Shown: positions 62,511-64,000 of the stretch, piece after piece
Layout: the number at the start of each line of letters is the position of its first letter
How positions within the stretch are numbered: the first letter of the stretch is position 1
DNA from: Mobula birostris
Lineage: Eukaryota
Length of the DNA: 64,000 bases
NCBI RefSeq assembly: GCF_030028105.1
Contig: NC_092384.1
Span: forward strand, 3,205,665 to 3,269,664
Direction of reading: 5' to 3'
Translations under genes and position numbers: made by a program
Notes under the pieces: model-generated
Database searches by the model: none
What the model was told of the DNA's origin: nothing
What the model saw: the letters and a program-made list of their open reading frames with translations, nothing else

Positions 62511-63354
62511 TCCATCGTCACTGGTTTCAACTTCTGTAAAACTCTTCTGAACAGCACTGCGAAAGTTCCTTCACTAGAAGGACTTCCACCACACAAGGTT
62601 TAGCAACAAAATCTGTGGGCCTTGGTAATTCCCAGAAATTATCATTGGGTTATGAATATAATACTCATTCAGGCTTATCACTGATACATGTGAAATATGT
62701 TATTTTGCAGCAGCATTGCAGTGCAAGCCATATGAACTTTGCAAAAGTTTACAAAAATAAGTAAAATGGAGCAATAGTCCAACACAAGACAATGTTCATG
62801 AATTCATGGACCATTCAGAAATTTGATGGCAGATGGGAGATGGTATTCTTACAACTCTGAATGCGGGTTCTTTAGCTCTAGCACTTCCTCACTGATAGTG
62901 GTAAAGTGAAAGGGGCTTGTCTCTGATGGTGAGATTCGTAATGATTGATGCTCCGTTCTTGAGACATTGCCTGTGGAAGAAATCTTCGATGGCCGCGAGA
63001 GGTTTGTAGGGCAAAGATGTGCCCGTGTTTGATACTCACTGATATTCAGTATAAACATTAGGTTTATAAACATTAGGTTTCAGACCTCATTCATGTATTT
63101 ATTCCAACTTGGACAACCTGACTAAAATATATGAAGTATTTGTTAAAATTAAACTGTGTGCAGATGAAAGAGGAGAAAATCCACTTCTGGAAACATATTT
63201 GGCTCGTCTCTGCAGATGCCTTTCATGACAGTTCCTTTATTTTAGCTACGTGTTACTGCGTCACCAACAGTATTACGTGAATCGCAAGATTAAATGGGAA
63301 TTCGCTGATTATGGTATGATTTTAATTCAGTACGCAACTCAACAGAAAATGAAG

Positions 63355-64000
63355 TGTAACGCCCTGGTTAAGAATATGTTTTATTATGTTTCTACTGCTA
63401 TGCAGTGAGGTATTTTTGTATTTTGCAAACGCCATGTATTCTGTTAGTTAAATTTCATAGACTAGTGTTTTGGCCTTGGTTGAGATAAGGAGCCATTTGC
63501 TCAGCTCATGAATGTTCTGTTAGCCAATCGGGTGTTTGATAATGTGCTGTAACATTCTGTCCAGTGGGATGACGTGGAACATTCGAGAGAGTTGGGCGGA
63601 ATCAGGTTTCTGTTAACAGGGGTTGGAAGACGAAGGTGGTTCAGAGTGGAGCAACGGTAGATGCTCGCAGAATCCCACCCGAAAGAGAGACCCCGATGTA
63701 TGAAGGGCTTCGTGCGGATGAATGTTTCCAAGTAGGGAGTGCCCATAGTCCTGAGTAAGCCAGTTCTTTCTAAGTGGTCTTCGAAGGAAGTTCGAACTGT
63801 GGGTGGTGTCTTTCATGCAGAGCGTGTATTCAGCGAGTGACTAATCCAAGCGAAGCAACCGACTAGTTCAGAAATGAGCTCCAACATTTATGTGCACGTT
63901 TAGACTGGTTTAAATGTACTGGGCCCTTTTCCTTTTTCCCTTATTTATTGTTTGGTAAAGCTGAAGTATGTGTATGTATACTTTCAGTTTTAATCTTATA
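63355..64000 (+). mobile_element. Probable LTR, running off the window
   Basis: Starts TGTAACGCCC, non-coding, CCAAT-containing; the 3' CA terminus and TSD are not visible. Confidence 0.5.

Noticed and set aside
5107-62596. Numerous 60-250 aa ORFs in the supplied track
   Set aside because: They are fragments or antisense shadows of CR1, Rex1 and Gypsy elements, microsatellite frames, or N-gap artefacts, not host genes.

Overview
Eukaryotic, repeat-dense, AT-rich genomic DNA, most likely from a cartilaginous fish, possibly a ray. That assignment is inferred from the CR1/Rex1 LINE types, not proven. The window is dominated by a tandem segmental duplication (copy A <1-~20,450; copy B ~29,547-~54,305; roughly 85-90% identical by eye). 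Each copy carries a minus-strand, multi-exon Ig-superfamily receptor gene that no single ORF reveals. Its architecture is leader / V domain with germline-joined J-like strand / C1-set domain / optional stalk / uncharged TM / cytoplasmic exons with ITIM-type motifs (VPYAAL, VTYAPI, plus TVYAQ, VIYSE). The cytoplasmic exons lie 8-13 kb downstream of the TM exon, across a LINE-filled intron. Motifs resemble the SIRP / non-rearranging VJ-C1 receptors. Copy B assembles with canonical GT-AG sites and matching phases into an intact ~361-aa (397-aa with stalk) inhibitory receptor and has an internal duplication of its ITIM exon. Copy A is a pseudogene (3 nonsense codons, a frameshift, lost splice sites, ITIM Tyr to Asn). 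Between the copies lies a frameshifted Arg-containing (activating-type) TM exon candidate and possible decayed Ig exons, suggesting a paired-receptor cluster undergoing birth and death. The remainder is CR1 LINEs (two near full length), a Rex1/Babar LINE, a Gypsy fragment, LTRs, microsatellites and two assembly gaps. All gene models are manual splice predictions without transcript evidence.
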